Shown here: piece after piece, positions 24,101-37,714 of the stretch
How the letters are laid out: each line of letters opens with the position of its first letter
Position numbering within the stretch: position 1 is the stretch's first letter
Assembly (NCBI GenBank): GCA_976551045.1
Contig: CDPCPM010000103.1
Span: 4,526,001 to 4,590,000, forward strand
Length of the DNA: 64,000 bases
Direction: 5' to 3'
From: Glaucostegus cemiculus
Lineage: Eukaryota
Program-made: the position numbers and the translations under genes
The notes under the pieces: model-generated
The model's database searches: none
Told to the model about the DNA's origin: nothing
The model's input: only the letters and a program-made list of their open reading frames with translations

Positions 24101-25214
24101 ATGCTTTTCAATCCTTTTGCAACTTCAGACTTTGCTTCTGTGAAGAGAGGCCTGAGTGAGTTAATGGTTAGGCCTCAATTAAATGACGTTGAGGAGCTGT
24201 GAGCACACACAGGCTGCCTACAACTCCCCAAACACAGAGGAAGTTGGAGGTTGAGGGACAGAAACGATTGCAAGGGATTGCACAAAAGGATGAACAGCAT
24301 GTTACAAAGGATCCAGTATAAGGTACACATAAAATGGACTGTAGTATATCTTGAGTAATATGCTAGCAGGTCTGGACTTCATGGCTCGCTTAAAGCCTAT
24401 GATACCCAAATAGTGTTTAGGGGCACGCACAGCACTTCAAGCAGGTAATTGCTTCATTTCCCCTCCTCCCATGTTCAACTCTCTAGCTTCAATTACCCTG
24501 CAAGACTTTGTCTAAAATCCCTCTTTTCTACACACTCCAATCAAGCTGTGATTAATACTACTTCAGTTTCTCTCCATCTCCCACTGAGAGAGAAAGGCAA
24601 TACCAAGACTCCCATTCTTTTCTTGCTTCAAAACCTTTATAGGTTACAGGGCAATTTAATAATGTCGCTGATGTGATAGTGCTGACTAGTAATGGTTTTT
24701 GGGGGAGGGACAACATCGTCAACCACAAGTAGAGGTTACCTGAAGTTGGGAAGGAGTGCAAGCAAATCTGAGGTGCAGAAAAAAGAGAGAATTTGGGACA
24801 AAGATAACCAAAGAATCCAAACTGTGTATGCAAACAAATTAAAAACCAAAGTAGGGGATGAAGTTAAGTCCAAACAATTAGCCTTCAGGTGAGCTTGACT
24901 CATTTTGCTTGCTTAAATATATCTTCCTGTGTGCTGGTTGATTAATAATAAATCAGTGCTAATGATTCAATTTTTGAAATTCCACCAATCAATTAAATCC
25001 CATCGTTCAAACAAAACTGTGAGATTTAAGCATAAGTGCTCCACTATGTTGTCCTTAACCATCACTCCCACTAATTTTTCAAATTATTTGATTGTTTAAA
25101 TAGGAGTTTCCTTTTGGAAATCTATATGGTTTTTAAAACTATAATCTCTGTTTCAACATATTGGTTACCTTATTCTGTTCGGCTCTTCAATCTCCACCAA
25201 CATACTGCCCTTCT

Positions 25215-25342
25215 TATGACACCCGCCATGTAACCTCAGGGATGCCACACCTACCATTTAACCCCTTCCCTTCCATCAGCCAAGGTCCCAAACACTAATT
25301 CCAAATGAAGCAGCAATTTAATTCATGTTCCTTTAATTTGTT
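25215..25342 (+). mobile_element. Penelope-like ORF relic (region just before the GIY-YIG endonuclease motif)
   Basis: From 25281 it translates QGPKH*FQMKQQFNSCSFNL, preceded by a broken Cys-rich PCN..C.T segment. This resembles the linker and start of PLE endonuclease domains (recalled). Confidence 0.5.
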
Positions 25343-27334
25343 TTTCTTCTTTGTTCTCCTAGTATTTCAGCTTCGACCTCCTCCAGACACACCTTTACTT
25401 CTTTCTCTCAGTTGGCATGACCACCGCGTGTCATTCACTATTGTTAAACAAATACATCTTTGGTCTGTTGGCTACTTCTAAATAGATCAACGGAACAAAG
25501 ACCATCATCCTCGACCTTGAGGGATAGCCATGACGACGACGACTGTCTCCTGGTGGATTGACGTGGAAGCAGGCATGTCCACTGTAACACTCAGCATGGT
25601 GACATTTGCAGATCTCCAGCACAGCTAGTAAGCTGTAATCATTTGGTATCCAGTTAGATTCTATGATAAAGCTTATTGGATTGATTTTATCTGTATCAAT
25701 GCCCCATGTACCTGTCCCTACAAATACGAATGCTGCACATGTTTGTTACAGAGAATGCAGCTGCTACATTTACAAAGAATCTGATTCATGCTGACTTAAT
25801 CAATCTACCATTAACCTTTTTCTAGCCTGGAAGACCATTTTGGACCTATGAAGCTACTCACTGATCATGCCTCAGCCTAGATGACTAATGGTATTATGTT
25901 TGGAAGCACTGAAACATTCTCCACCATATTCTTGGTTTAAACCTTTGCTGCAAATAATAGACCATCGTCAACCATTTCTGAACTCATCATGTTAAATATT
26001 ACCATCATCTCTGATGATGAAAGATTAGAGCATGGAATATCATTGAACACGCTCCCCAGGGGGAAATTTGCAGGTAGCTGACACTATATCTATCCTATTA
26101 GGCTGGAAGCTCTGACCTGGATATCTGATTGAACATTGATATTTGATTTGTTTTGCTGCTCCCACACAAAAGCCAGTCTATGTGCTATGTTGTTGGCTTG
26201 TAATTTTTATAACTCAAATTGCATTTGCTCCCTTTTCTGTTTCTTGCACCATCAGTCAGCAGTGTTTAATCAGGTGGTTTCAAAAATATTGGCCTGAATG
26301 TTATGGTTGTCTGGACAGTGGAACAGTTAACATTCACTGTTATTGCATCAAGGGGCTGCCAGCAACTCCTGCACAGGCACAGTTAAACACTGCAACCCAG
26401 AAACTGTCAGCGATGATTCCCTCCCCCTCCATGTGATCTGCAATTTTGCAACCTTCTCCAAAATTAGTTTAAAACATAGTTATCAGATGAAATTCCATGC
26501 TCTGCTAACTCTTCTCACCACAAACTACACCCCTCCTTCTAACTAAAATTGTTGTGTTTTATTTTATGAGGTGTGTCAGTTCTTAATGGTTTACTTAGCT
26601 GTAATTACTGCTTAACAGTGTTCTAAAAAGCTAATGTTATGTATGTGGATAGCTTTTTTTCCCTCAAAATAGTTATACCATGTAATAGATATTAAATATT
26701 GCTTAATCCTTATTCATGATATTACTACTTTTGTGTTCAGCTGCCATTTTGGTTTAAAATATGAATTAAAATTTGTATATTTTATTTCCTGGTTTGTTGG
26801 CTCTGAGAATTCTTCAGTGTGATTGGTTGAATTGCCTGTTTGATAATGTTGTGTTGGATTCCAAAGAACTTGTCCTTGACACCTGGGATCAAGAAAAGGA
26901 GAGTCAATGCTGCAGAGATTGTTGAAGCTTTGTGGACTACTCTTTCCAAATGAAATCACTTCACTACCAACTCCAAGCTTGCACTTTAAAGGGTGTTTCA
27001 CTGAAACAGAATGTACCTTAATAATTTATAAACTCAGTGTTGTTCATACACTTGCTAACAATTCATTATGGTGAATACTCTCTGTTGCATTTCACCTTCT
27101 TCTGGTTACAACTGATGTATCTTTCTCCTTTCATTTTCAATTATTCTAGCCGGTTTGTGTGTAACTCAAGTTGACTCAAGTCTTTACAGCTTGCTGCTGT
27201 TATTTCTTTCCACTTACCCTAATCCATATTGCTTTGTAAGTTTATCTCTTTTTTTCAATATACATTGCAGATAGCTAAAATAACAATCTTGGGGGATGTT
27301 GCTTGAAACTTAACCGCTTGATCTCCATACTAAT

Positions 27335-27605
27335 GTGTCAGCTTTGTCTCAGTGCTCTGGGTCAGGATTCAAGACTTGCAGACATGATCTAGTCACTTAT
27401 GTGCTGCATTAAGGGAGAGCTGTATTGTCAGAGGTATTGTCTTCCAGAAAAGATATTAATCCACTGTCACTTTTACTCTCTTGTATGGCAGCTAAGCTAG
27501 AGTTCTATTTGAGGAAGAGTAAGTGGTATCACCCATGTCCTCGTCTGCATTTAATGTGCAGCTAACATTTAAAATAGATAAACAGAATAAGAGACCAGAT
27601 TACCT
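27335..27605 (+). mobile_element. Decayed Deu-domain SINE (SacSINE1-like)
   Basis: AGGGAGAGCTGTATTGTCAGAGGTATTGTCTTCCAGAAAAGATATTAA...CTATTTGAGGAAGAG parallels the Deu core GAGGGAGTGCTGCACTGTCGGAGGTGCCGTCTTTCGGATGAGACGTTAA...CTATTTGAAGAAGAG as I recall it. Confidence 0.65.
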
Positions 27606-27901
27606 GAAGCGCAGAAGAATGAGGGGAGATCTTATAGAAGTATACAAAATTATGAGTGGTATTGATAGGGTAAATGCATACAGGCTTTTTCCCCTCAGGT
27701 TGGGTGAGACTAGAACTAGAGAACATAGGTTTAGGGTGAAAGGTGAAATATATAAGGGGAATCCAAGGAGGACCTTCTTCACTCAGAGGGTGTTACGAGT
27801 GTGGTACGAGCTGCCAGCAGAAATAGTAGATGCTCGTTCAATTGTAACATTTAAGAGAGGTTTGGATAGGTACATGGATGGGAGGGGTTTGGAGGGATAT
27901 G
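27606..27901 (+). mobile_element. CR1 LINE fragment
   Basis: Translates RRRMRGDLIEVYKIMSGIDRV...FFTQRVLRVWYELP...FKRGLDRYM (CR1 ORF2 C-terminus). Confidence 0.93.
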
Positions 27902-29590
27902 TGTCACAGTGTTGATTGAAGAGCAAGCTCACAGAGAACCCAAATGCAGCACACTGATACAAGACTGGAGTCAGGATACTTCCTCAGGACCAGACACAGG
28001 CAACACTGGAAGGAAATCTTGCCTCGGAGATCTGAGTAGTAATCCCAACACGACCTGAATCTTCAAACAGGACTAGAGAACACAGGACTGCTCTGGAGTA
28101 GACCACTCTAAGCAGCTAGGAACCAAAGTATACCCTAAGGTTGACCAATCCTCTGATTGTCAATCCTCTGACTGTGAAATACTTTTACAAATGCATTTCA
28201 AATTCTTTTATAATATTAACTGAAGAGTTAATTTTAGCAATAAAGAAAATGAAATTTCATATATGCTTATTTTTCAAATGGCATGGTTAAAAGAATGGTG
28301 TGGTTAAAAGAACCAGAAATAACGCAATATTAGATTTGGGTAAAAGTTTGAATCTGTTTTAGTTAACTTGATTTTATGAACTAGAATTGCAGTAATTCAA
28401 GGCAAAAAAAATTAACATAGATATACGATACGTATATCAGATGTATCAGTAAAAAATGATTGAAATAGCAAGAAAGAGCTGCTGTTCATTTATAGCACAG
28501 TGACCAATAATGTCAGGCCTGCATTCAGATTTACAAAAAATATAAAGGGAAAACAAATTATCACAGAGTGCAAACATTAATGGATTAAACCAGCAAGTTG
28601 TGAATCAGGTTGAAAGTACATACTTTATTATCAAACCTTTTGCATTAAAATTGTTTTAAATTCCCATATTTTTACTATCTGTCTTTAAGCAGGTTCTTGG
28701 TAGGTAAGAGCCCATTCTGCAAGCTTCTTGGCTTCCAAGACTGCTGCAGGAATCTTATGTGGGAAGTAACAAGGTGAATACATCAATACGCATTTAGGCA
28801 AGGTTAATGTTAACTTAACCTAAGGGTTAACATGCAGGTTGATATTATCCAATGCATGTATCACAATTAAATGTCTTAGTATTTCTGGGCATTAATATCG
28901 TTATGGACTTTTTGGCATTTGACCTTGCTCATGGGGTACAGGAGCTGGTTGGCTGGGGTGGAATGGGGTGCAGAATAAGTTCCAAAAACTAAGTGGCCAT
29001 TTTGTGTTGTGCCATGAATTGCAGACTGGGAAATCTTAAATACTAAATTTTAAAAAAATGTTACGGGATTTCCACAGTGGAAGCATCACTGGGAGTATAA
29101 TGCCAATGCTAAAACAAACCCAAGTGCACAGTCAAAATATCGGCCAAAAATCTAAAAGATCAATTCAATGCAAAATAGACATAGAAAAGTATCATTAAGT
29201 GCCGTATTCTTATTTCTGGGAAGAATAGAGCAAATAACTGAATTTATAAAAGACAAACCAATCTCTCCTCCTCCCCCATCTTTTCCTCACTGACATCTAC
29301 ACTTCCACAAAGCCAACAACAGCTATACTATTACTGCAGGGCACATCCTTCTGTTCCATTGAAAGGATAAATTATGAAGATCACTGAAAAAAGAATATCT
29401 TAAAAATGAAATAGAGAACTTAGTTGTAAGATTTTGCCGAGTGAAGGAAGCACAAACAATTTATGAGCCTCTTTAAAGGAATACTCAGCAAATGACTGGT
29501 AATAATTGTAAGTATAAATTGCTGCATTTAGTGGCGCTCCCTACACCATACTAATTATGGGATGCTGTCATGGAAATTCAATGTCTTGAA

Positions 29591-29645
29591 TTTCTCTCTC
29601 CAGAGATGCTACCTAACCTGCTGATTACTTCCATTATTTTCATCT
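29591..29645 (+). mobile_element. Short Penelope-like terminal repeat fragment
   Basis: TTTCTCTCTCCAGAGATGCTACCTAACCTGCTGATTACTTCCA, the same motif as in the other copies. Confidence 0.55.
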
Positions 29646-32600
29646 GTGTGTGTCTGTGTGTGAAGTTCTTGCCAGTTTATGGTGACAATGTTTACAGTGC
29701 ACATCTCTAACATGGTTCTAACTTCACAAAATGTTCCAGCAGACTCCAGATGATTGATTATCGTCTACAGGTTGATTATTTACTTTGAAAATCCTGGCCA
29801 GTTCCTCATTTCATTAAATTCTTTGACTAAATATTTGAGAATTTTACATTAAAAAAATGAAACCTTTGATGGAATGAAGTGTGGGTTATCTTTGACTATA
29901 ACAGGCAGTGTAGGCAAATGGACTATAAAATGTTCTAGTCATCATACAGGAGCAATCTGGGACATGTAGATAATAAATCAATACTGCAATGGTGAGACCA
30001 ATCAAATGGAACTTTTCATCAGAGCATATTGAAAAAATCCTATGGAGCTAAAATCACAGAACCATCCACGGAAAATTAATTTTCAGAACACATATTTACA
30101 TGTGGCCTTAGTTATACTATTGGTGACTATGTTAGAAGCAAAAGTGAGACATGACCACACTTATAATCTAGTGCAAAATCCTAAGAAAATACTGTTTATA
30201 TTGAGACCTATCCATTTCCAATAAATTAACAATTTGAAATATTAAAGGGAGGTTTCATGAAGTAAAAGTGGGAAAAATATGTTCAGTTTAAGAACAAAAC
30301 TTTCTTATGCTTATTATTAATTCAAATGTTTCCTGTTTAAAGAGCAAGTCCTAATCATATTGGCTTCTAATGGGTGTTCTTAAAAATACTTAAGATGAAC
30401 ATTCCTAACTTTCTTTGCAATTCAACAGGTTGTTGCTCCAGAATATTTGTCCAAGTGAAGAACATCATAGTAATAACTCAAAGTTATGTAGTTTGAGTAA
30501 ATTCGCTGAGAAGACTGAAGTGGAAAGGCCCAGTCTTTTAGACTTGTCAGGAGCATCTTTTCTTAGATGCTAATTGGTTAAAATGTAGGGTATACAGGGT
30601 TTAAAAAAAACAATGATGGGAAGCAGAGGAGGGTTGATAGTTACCACAGAGGAGAGCCCCTTACCTAAAGAATAGTTGAAGAATGAAAGAAAGAAATATG
30701 CAAGGCCAACAGTACACAGTTTTCATGGATAAATGTATGGAATCCTAAAATTTAATCTCCAAAATAGGGAATATTTTGAAATATCATGTAATTCAAGATA
30801 TTCATGGAATTTGACATTTTTGCTCAATATAAATAGAAGGATTCAATAGATGGATTCAAATCTCAAAACACTACTAAAGATTCAGGAACTCCCTTGAATA
30901 AAATGGAACCTGATTCCTTCAGTTCAAATCGGTGGAAGAGAATTTAAAACACAATCTTGGGAATCAATATATTCTTAAAATTTTCATTATATAAGAAAAC
31001 ATCAATTCTGAGATTTCAAGGAAAACATCATAAAAACATTAATATGGTGCACAACCTATGACCTCTGTGGCATAATTGCAGCCCACTTATTACTGCATTT
31101 ATCTGAATTTGTTAAGGTTTGAAATGCATTCTCAATGAAGTATATAGTATTATTGGTTTCAGAATACATTGTAAACTGCCAGAAGACCAATCTTTCCATT
31201 GTAGCTCTGGGTGGCTGCTGATTTGCATTAACATAACTAGTTTGTTTGCAAGTCTTTCTGAAAGCAGTGTCAGGAAACAAGATGCTTTTATAGCTCCTTC
31301 AACATAAAGGTAGTCAACTCAGGGCAGTATTAAGACATATGGTACTTTGGTCTCTTAAATAGGGTTTTGGATGTTTACTTGAGCACCCCTACGGTAATGG
31401 GGAATGCAACAATTCTTAAAAAGTAGCATTGTCAATGAAAAGATTTAGTGAGGTGTGAAGAAATTTCTTGAGACTAGAGACATAATCTGGTGATCCAATT
31501 CTCCCCACTGTGTCTATTTCTGTGAAACTCCATTTGCTTTCTCCTAGTTGCCACATGCTCCCCCACCCTACCTAGCCAATCCTATAGGTTTCCCACATTG
31601 TCATGATCTTTTGTCTTTCTGGCTTTAAACAGAAGAGCAAGGAACAAAGTTCTAAGGGGCAGGGAACATCAGGAGCTGGTGAAGAATGGTGGGATGGAGG
31701 TCAGGATCCTGCCCCTACTGCCATCAGTTACTAGGGTTTGTGCTGCCCGGCTGAACACCGTTCAAAGACATTGCTGGGCTTTGTTCGACTGTGCAGGGAT
31801 TAGGCCGAGCAGTCTGAGAATTTGCCTTCTAATTAAAAAGGATAAAAGATGGAAGTAGCATGAGACTAAAACGTTGCAATGTTACTTCACAGGCTGGTGC
31901 CCGGTCACAAGACTTCCCAAGAAGTAGTGAAGTTCTTCAGTTTTTAGAATTACAATTTAACCATCTTTAAAAGTAAATTTTCATTCTTTTCTGAAATAAC
32001 AATAGTTGTCCTTTAACAGTAAATTTAACTAGAAAATAATACCTTGCAAATTTATTTTTATAAGTATACACAACCAAAGATTTTATTCAAGATTAATTTG
32101 TGAACATGTAACAAACTGTTTAAGCATCACATCAATTTCTTTACTTAGACGTTTTATTCATTGAATTATTGTTAAGTGGTAATGCTATTTCACAACATGG
32201 ATGTTATTTGGCATTTCACCTCCCAATGGAATAATATTTGATTAAAAAAACAGATATGACTTATTAACAAAGTTACCAGATAACTACGGAATGAATTCAA
32301 AGCCATGTTTAAGACTTTCCAGCAGTCATGTGTTCAGAATGCTTTGGATGTTTTGTGAAACACCATCTAAGTCACAAAGGTGTGTAAAGAGGCTTTCATT
32401 CTTAAGAGCAATATGCCATAGCTCACTGTTACCTGTGAGATATTCTAACCTTAATATAATAAATATGTGTACAGAACTGAACAAAATATACCAAAGACAC
32501 TTAGTAGCCTGTTACCCTAATTAAAACTGTGGCTTGCTTGATTTATTCTGCACCATGCATCTCAGTGTCATTAAGCCTGTTCAGGTTTAACTTGTTTTGT

Positions 32601-32849
32601 TCGTATTTTACATATTCAAGAGCTTGATCTAGGTTCATGCTGTCATTTGTGTAAAATTAAACAAATTGCTTTAACTTGGAGCATGTCTGGGATGTGTTCT
32701 GATTAATCTAATTCAAAGCCTTGACTCTTCCAAGTGTACTTAGGCAAATCCATGCAAAACTCCTAAATTTATGACCAAGGAGCTCTTGACGAACACAAAA
32801 GCTCCACTTAACTGTCACAACTTTCCCTTGGCAAATCAGCAGTGGAAGT

Positions 32850-32966
32850 AAATCAAAAACTGCAGATGCTGGAAACCTGACATAAAAACAGAAATTGCTG
32901 GAAACACATAGCAGCTCAGGCAACATCTGTGGAAAGAGAAACAGTGTTAACGTTTCAGATTGAAGA
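32850..32966 (-). mobile_element. Penelope-like terminal repeat fragment
   Basis: ACTGCAGATGCTGGAAACCTGACATAAAAACAGAAATTGCTGG...CAGTGTTAACGTTTCAG. On the minus strand it keeps the un-decayed GAAACGTT-AAC hammerhead segment. Confidence 0.8.
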
Positions 32967-33689
32967 TGAAGAATCTTCAGGTTGATGTGTATTATAACAA
33001 ATCATTCAGTGAGCTTGTGTCTGTCAATACTGTTCAGAATGGTAAACAAACATATGATTCTATGAACAAAAAATATCTGATTGTTTCCATATTATCTCTC
33101 AGTCTACTTTGCCTATAACTTGCAAATAACTGTTAATCTTCTCTTTTTTCAGAAACACCTGTGAACATTAAGAGTAGAATCTTGTATTAAGGCTGATGTC
33201 TGCAGGCTGAGGTATGAAAAGTAAGAGCTCAGATGCTCCATGGACCACTGGTCAAGTCAGGTGATATCAGTCACACAGAACTGGGAAGGGTCAAACTGTG
33301 GAGATATTAGTTTAACTTAGCTTTGTTGAGTTAGCTTAACAAACTTAGCAGCACCATATAATATGAACTGCAAATAACCAAGAATGTCATATGAATATCA
33401 ATATCAATGATTTAAATGACAAAGTAGTTTATAAACAAAGAAGAACCTCTGTCAGAATTTTTTAAATTTTCGTAAAGCTCTGCAAAGTCAGCAGATATAT
33501 AACTGAAAATCCAATAACCTTAAATTCCAGAGTTGTCTAATTCTGAATTTATAGAAGAGTAAATGCTTAATGTTTAAAAATTAAAGGGCCAAGATAAAAT
33601 AGATTTTTCCTCATGAGAGTACGCTGAATTCGCAATGAACAGGGAAAATTCAAGCTTGTGCAGACTGGGATGCTGGCCAGGAGAGTGTT

Positions 33690-34292
33690 GGATTAGTGTA
33701 GGTATAATGAGGGCAAAGGATGAGGGCTTCAGCAATGGATGGACAGAGGCAGGATATAATGAAGCAATATTACAGCAGTGGAAGGAGAGTCGCTCGTTGG
33801 CAGAGCAGATTTATGGTCAGGAACTTAGAGTCAAATACAGTGACAAGGGAGGGGATAGTCAGGTTCTACCTCAGATAGTTGGAAGGGCAAGGAATGCAAT
33901 TAATGTCCAGAGAACTGAACTTGTAGTCTACAGAATACAATGACTTTGGATGCCTCACTGTTAATTGGGGAAAATTTTTGCTTACCCAATAATGCCTGAC
34001 ATGGAGTGATACAAATCAGAGGTAAAGAAAAGTTTGAGAGAGGAGCTGAGACAGAGGTTATGTCATCATGTTTTCTCAGATAATGACAATGAGGAGCAGC
34101 ATATGGATGAGAAACAAGAGAGGACCAAAGATAGATTGTTTGAAGATGCTGCAGTTAACTGTGCAGGAGCTGGAAGAGAAGCTATTGCAGGTGATACTTT
34201 GGTTACAACTGGATAGAGAAGGATGAAATCAAGTTCCTCCTAGCTGAATGACAAGTGGAAGATATTGGAGAAAGATGGTATGCTCAGCAGTG
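33690..34292 (-). mobile_element. Decayed L2 LINE reverse-transcriptase region
   Basis: Minus strand near 34160-34092 translates VNCSIFKQSIFGPLLFLIHMLLL, a decayed form of the L2 RT motif GVPQGSILGPLLFLIYMLPL. Confidence 0.75.
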
Positions 34293-35120
34293 CCTTCAAG
34301 CTCACTATCCCTGTGATTAATTGACAGAAAACAAGAGACAATAGACTGGTTCATGCTCAGTCTGGCTTGCCACTTGTATTTTTCCCCAAGCAATTCTCCA
34401 TTGGCTGCACCTACATTTTGGAGCTCCATTGGATCAAGCAACCTGCAGGTGAGATCTTTTGGCTATACTACTAGGCAAGCAGGCTGTGAGTGATCATTAG
34501 GCCTCTGAAGGCACACTCTGGTGCCCTGCCCTGGGGCTGCCTTTTGTCAGCTCAGGGGCACTAACAAACAATGCAAGGAGATTTAAATAATTTAAATAAA
34601 TAAAAGCTATTAAAAAGTATAAACCTACTTAAAATACCTCAATCTACTATTAATCACACATTAACTTTCAAATAAAATAATTGAATAAACTATTAAGATA
34701 CACTGGCCTTTTTAATCAAGGTTGGCAATCTCATTCAATTGAAGTGGGTAGCAGTACTGATACCAGACCTGACTGGTTGGATGTGAAGTGACTTCTCATC
34801 TCCAAGCATTTGTGTTTCTTTGCTTGACTCAGAGGTGAAACCAATGGCAAAGCAGCAGGTCAGTTGCTCCAGCATGTGACCATCAGCTCTTTTCTGACTT
34901 CTGTGTCTCAATGCACAAATCTAGAAGTTAGTGACCAACAGATTCAAGAGGAGGAGGTACAGTGTAACTCCAATAATCGGGCATGTTCAGGACTTTGGTG
35001 GTGCCAAGCTGGGAGGTTTTCCAGCTTACTGGATGTTATTCCTATTAATACCCAACATGTTTTAAATCACTTTGTTTAGATGTTACCTGTTTTTATAATT
35101 AAATTTCCAATGAACCTGTT

Positions 35121-35254
35121 AAGTTTAAAGGGAGTGCAGGGATCTGGGCCCAGGTAAGTTTCAAGGGAATGTGGCAAACGGGGCCCTGGTGAGTCTAAAG
35201 TGGATGCAGTAAACTGGGTTTAAAGGGAGTGCAGGAAATATCATCTGGTCAGGT
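35121..35254. repeat. ~35-bp degenerate minisatellite, about 4 units
   Basis: AAGTTTAAAGGGAGTGCAGGGATCTGGGCCCAGGT / AAGTTTCAAGGGAATGTGGCAAACGGGGCCCTGGT / GAGTCTAAAGTGGATGCAGTAAACTGG / GTTTAAAGGGAGTGCAGG... Confidence 0.8.
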
Positions 35255-35763
35255 AGCAGTTTATCAAAGTTTTACTGTGGTGAGCAGTTTCCTATGCAAC
35301 TGTTAGCCAGAAGGAAGTAGAATTCAGCCAATGTCTGATTTCACTCTTCCACTGAGTACACAACCCTCTCTCTGATACTATTTCTGAGACTTATTCCCCC
35401 CTTACAAATAGGAAAATTAATCTGATAGTAAATTTGAAATAATGATTTTTCAAAGGGGAATTAACTGCCAAAGATATTAACCAGCCTACATTAACATGAA
35501 ATCACAGATGTTAGTTATAATGTCAGTAAAAAGATGCTAAATTTAGTAATGCTGAGTGGACTGAAATTTACCTTTTATGAGGAATACAAAAGAGGCCAGT
35601 TTTTTCTACAGTGGGAACTAATAGTGAACATAATTGAAATATACAAATTATGCATGAAAGCTTTTACTGGCACTAACAAACAAATATCAAATATTTATGA
35701 TGCATCAACAACAATTATCAATCATACGTAAGAAGCAATGGAAAAGAAATATAATTCTCCTCA

Positions 35764-36790
35764 ACTCATAGAATCATAGAAAATTTACAACACATTTTTT
35801 TCCTATCTTCTCACTAATCAATTACTTTAAATCTATGCCCCCTAGTTTCTAACCACCCTGTGAGGGGAGATAGGTCCTTCCTTTTTATTCTATCAAGGAC
35901 CCTCATAATTTTCTATGCCTTTGATAAGTCTGCTCTCAGCTTCCTCTGTTCCAAAGAAAGCAGCCCTAGTTTATCTAATCTTTTTGCAAAGCTACAAATT
36001 TCTATTCCTGGAAACATCTTCGTAAAGTTACTGCGCATCCTCCCAAGTGCAATCACATCTTTCATGCAAGGTGGTTACCAGAATTGTGCACAATCATCAA
36101 GTGTAGCATTGTGAGTACACAGTTCTAGCATAACATTGCTGCTCCTATATTCTATGGCTTAATTAATGAAAGAAAGCATCCTGTTTGCCTTTCTAACCAC
36201 TATACTTATCTTTCCTGCTACCTTTAAGGATCAGTTGGCATGCACTGCAAAGTCCCACTGCTCCCCCACATCACTCAGTATCCTCCTAGTTATTGTATAT
36301 TTCCTTGCACCACCCAAATGCACTACCTCATGCTTTCCATTTTCTTCTGGCCAAATCACAAGACTAGCTAAACCCTCCCACAGTTTAAAGCTGCTCTCCT
36401 CACTGCCAACAACATGGCCATTTTTTGTATCATCTACAAAGCTCTTTATCATGGCCCGCTACATTTAGGCCTCAGTTATTGATGTATATTACAATAAACA
36501 AGGTAGCATATACTGAGCCCAGTGGAATGCCACTGGTAACACTCCCCTCCCACAAAAACATCCATCAACAATTATACTGTTCTTTCTACCTCTGAGACAA
36601 CTTTGAATCCAATATGTCACTCTCCCTTAGACCCCCTGGGCTTTTGGGATCTTGTCAAAGCCTCCGTAAAATCCATACGGGCTGCATCCAATGCACTGTG
36701 CTCATTGGCCCTCCTTATTACCTCAAAGAATTCAGTCAGATTAATCAGACAAAACCTTTTCTTAACAGATGCATGCTAATTAGTCTTTGT
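35764..36790 (-). mobile_element. Old CR1 LINE, RT region to 3' tail, with internal deletions
   Basis: ORF 36231-36452 has IKSFVDDTKNGHVV (RT motif KFADDTK). CR1 tail repeat CATAGAATCATAGAA at 35767. Confidence 0.85.
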
Positions 36791-37616
36791 ATTTCTAAAT
36801 TAGGGTTTATACTGGGAAACATTTATTACCCAGTTGTAGCATACCGTATATGATTGTGGAATGGAATTCAGAAATCAGCCAGTGGTTAAAATAAAACTTG
36901 CTAAAAGTGGATACACACTGTAACAGTTCCTCGATTTTGTGCCCCTTTGGTACTGGCTCTGCCAGATTTGGCACTGTCCACATGTACATTCTTGATTTTT
37001 TTAATGAAGCCAGATCTTACAGGTGTGATAATGAAATTTGTTTTTCAAAAGAAATTTGCCTTAGTGTTCTTGAGCTGATGTGTAATGTATGACCAGTAAA
37101 AGATGTAAGAGTATATCATCTACAAGCTCATGGGAAGCATTTTTATATAAACAGATTCAGATATTTTTGTTCCCATTAAAACAAAAAACACAAAGTCTAC
37201 TTGTGTGGCAGGAAATGAAACCCTGACAAAATAATTAGAATGAAAATATGACAAGAATAACCTGTTACTAACTATGGCAAAGGTCATTCCAATGGTATAA
37301 GCTGCTCTGAATGATGAAGTGACACAGAGAAATGGATTGTTTTCAAGAAGCACAATGATAAGCCGCCATTACCAGACTCTGATAAGATTAATTATTCCTT
37401 CCTGGTTTGATAGTATGTGAATCACAGACTCTTCTAACCTCTTCTGCTGGCCCATGGATATCCCACCCCTTTCCTTTCCAAAGACAGTATCTGGAGAAAA
37501 GCAACATCCCATGCCACAACTGCAAGGCCTAGAAACCTGGACTGATGAGGAATATCCTGAGTGTACTCAGGAGACGTACTTCAGTCCTTTGTTAAACACA
37601 GTGAATCACAAGTAGA

Positions 37617-37714
37617 TTTTTTTTTTACTTACAGCGTGGTAACAGGCCCTTTTGGCCCAATGAGTCCACGCCGCCCATTTTAAACCCCAAATTAACCTAC
37701 CCGTACATCTTTTT
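37617..37714 (-). mobile_element. 3' portion of a SINE with CR1-type tail and A-rich end
   Basis: T10-ACTTACAGCGTGGTAACAGGCCCTTTTGGCCCAA...TAACCTACCCGTACATCTTT. CAGGCCCTT..GCCCA is the antisense CR1 tail, and the right end matches the V-SINE at 1040-1057 (CTAACCTGTACGTCTTT). Confidence 0.7.
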
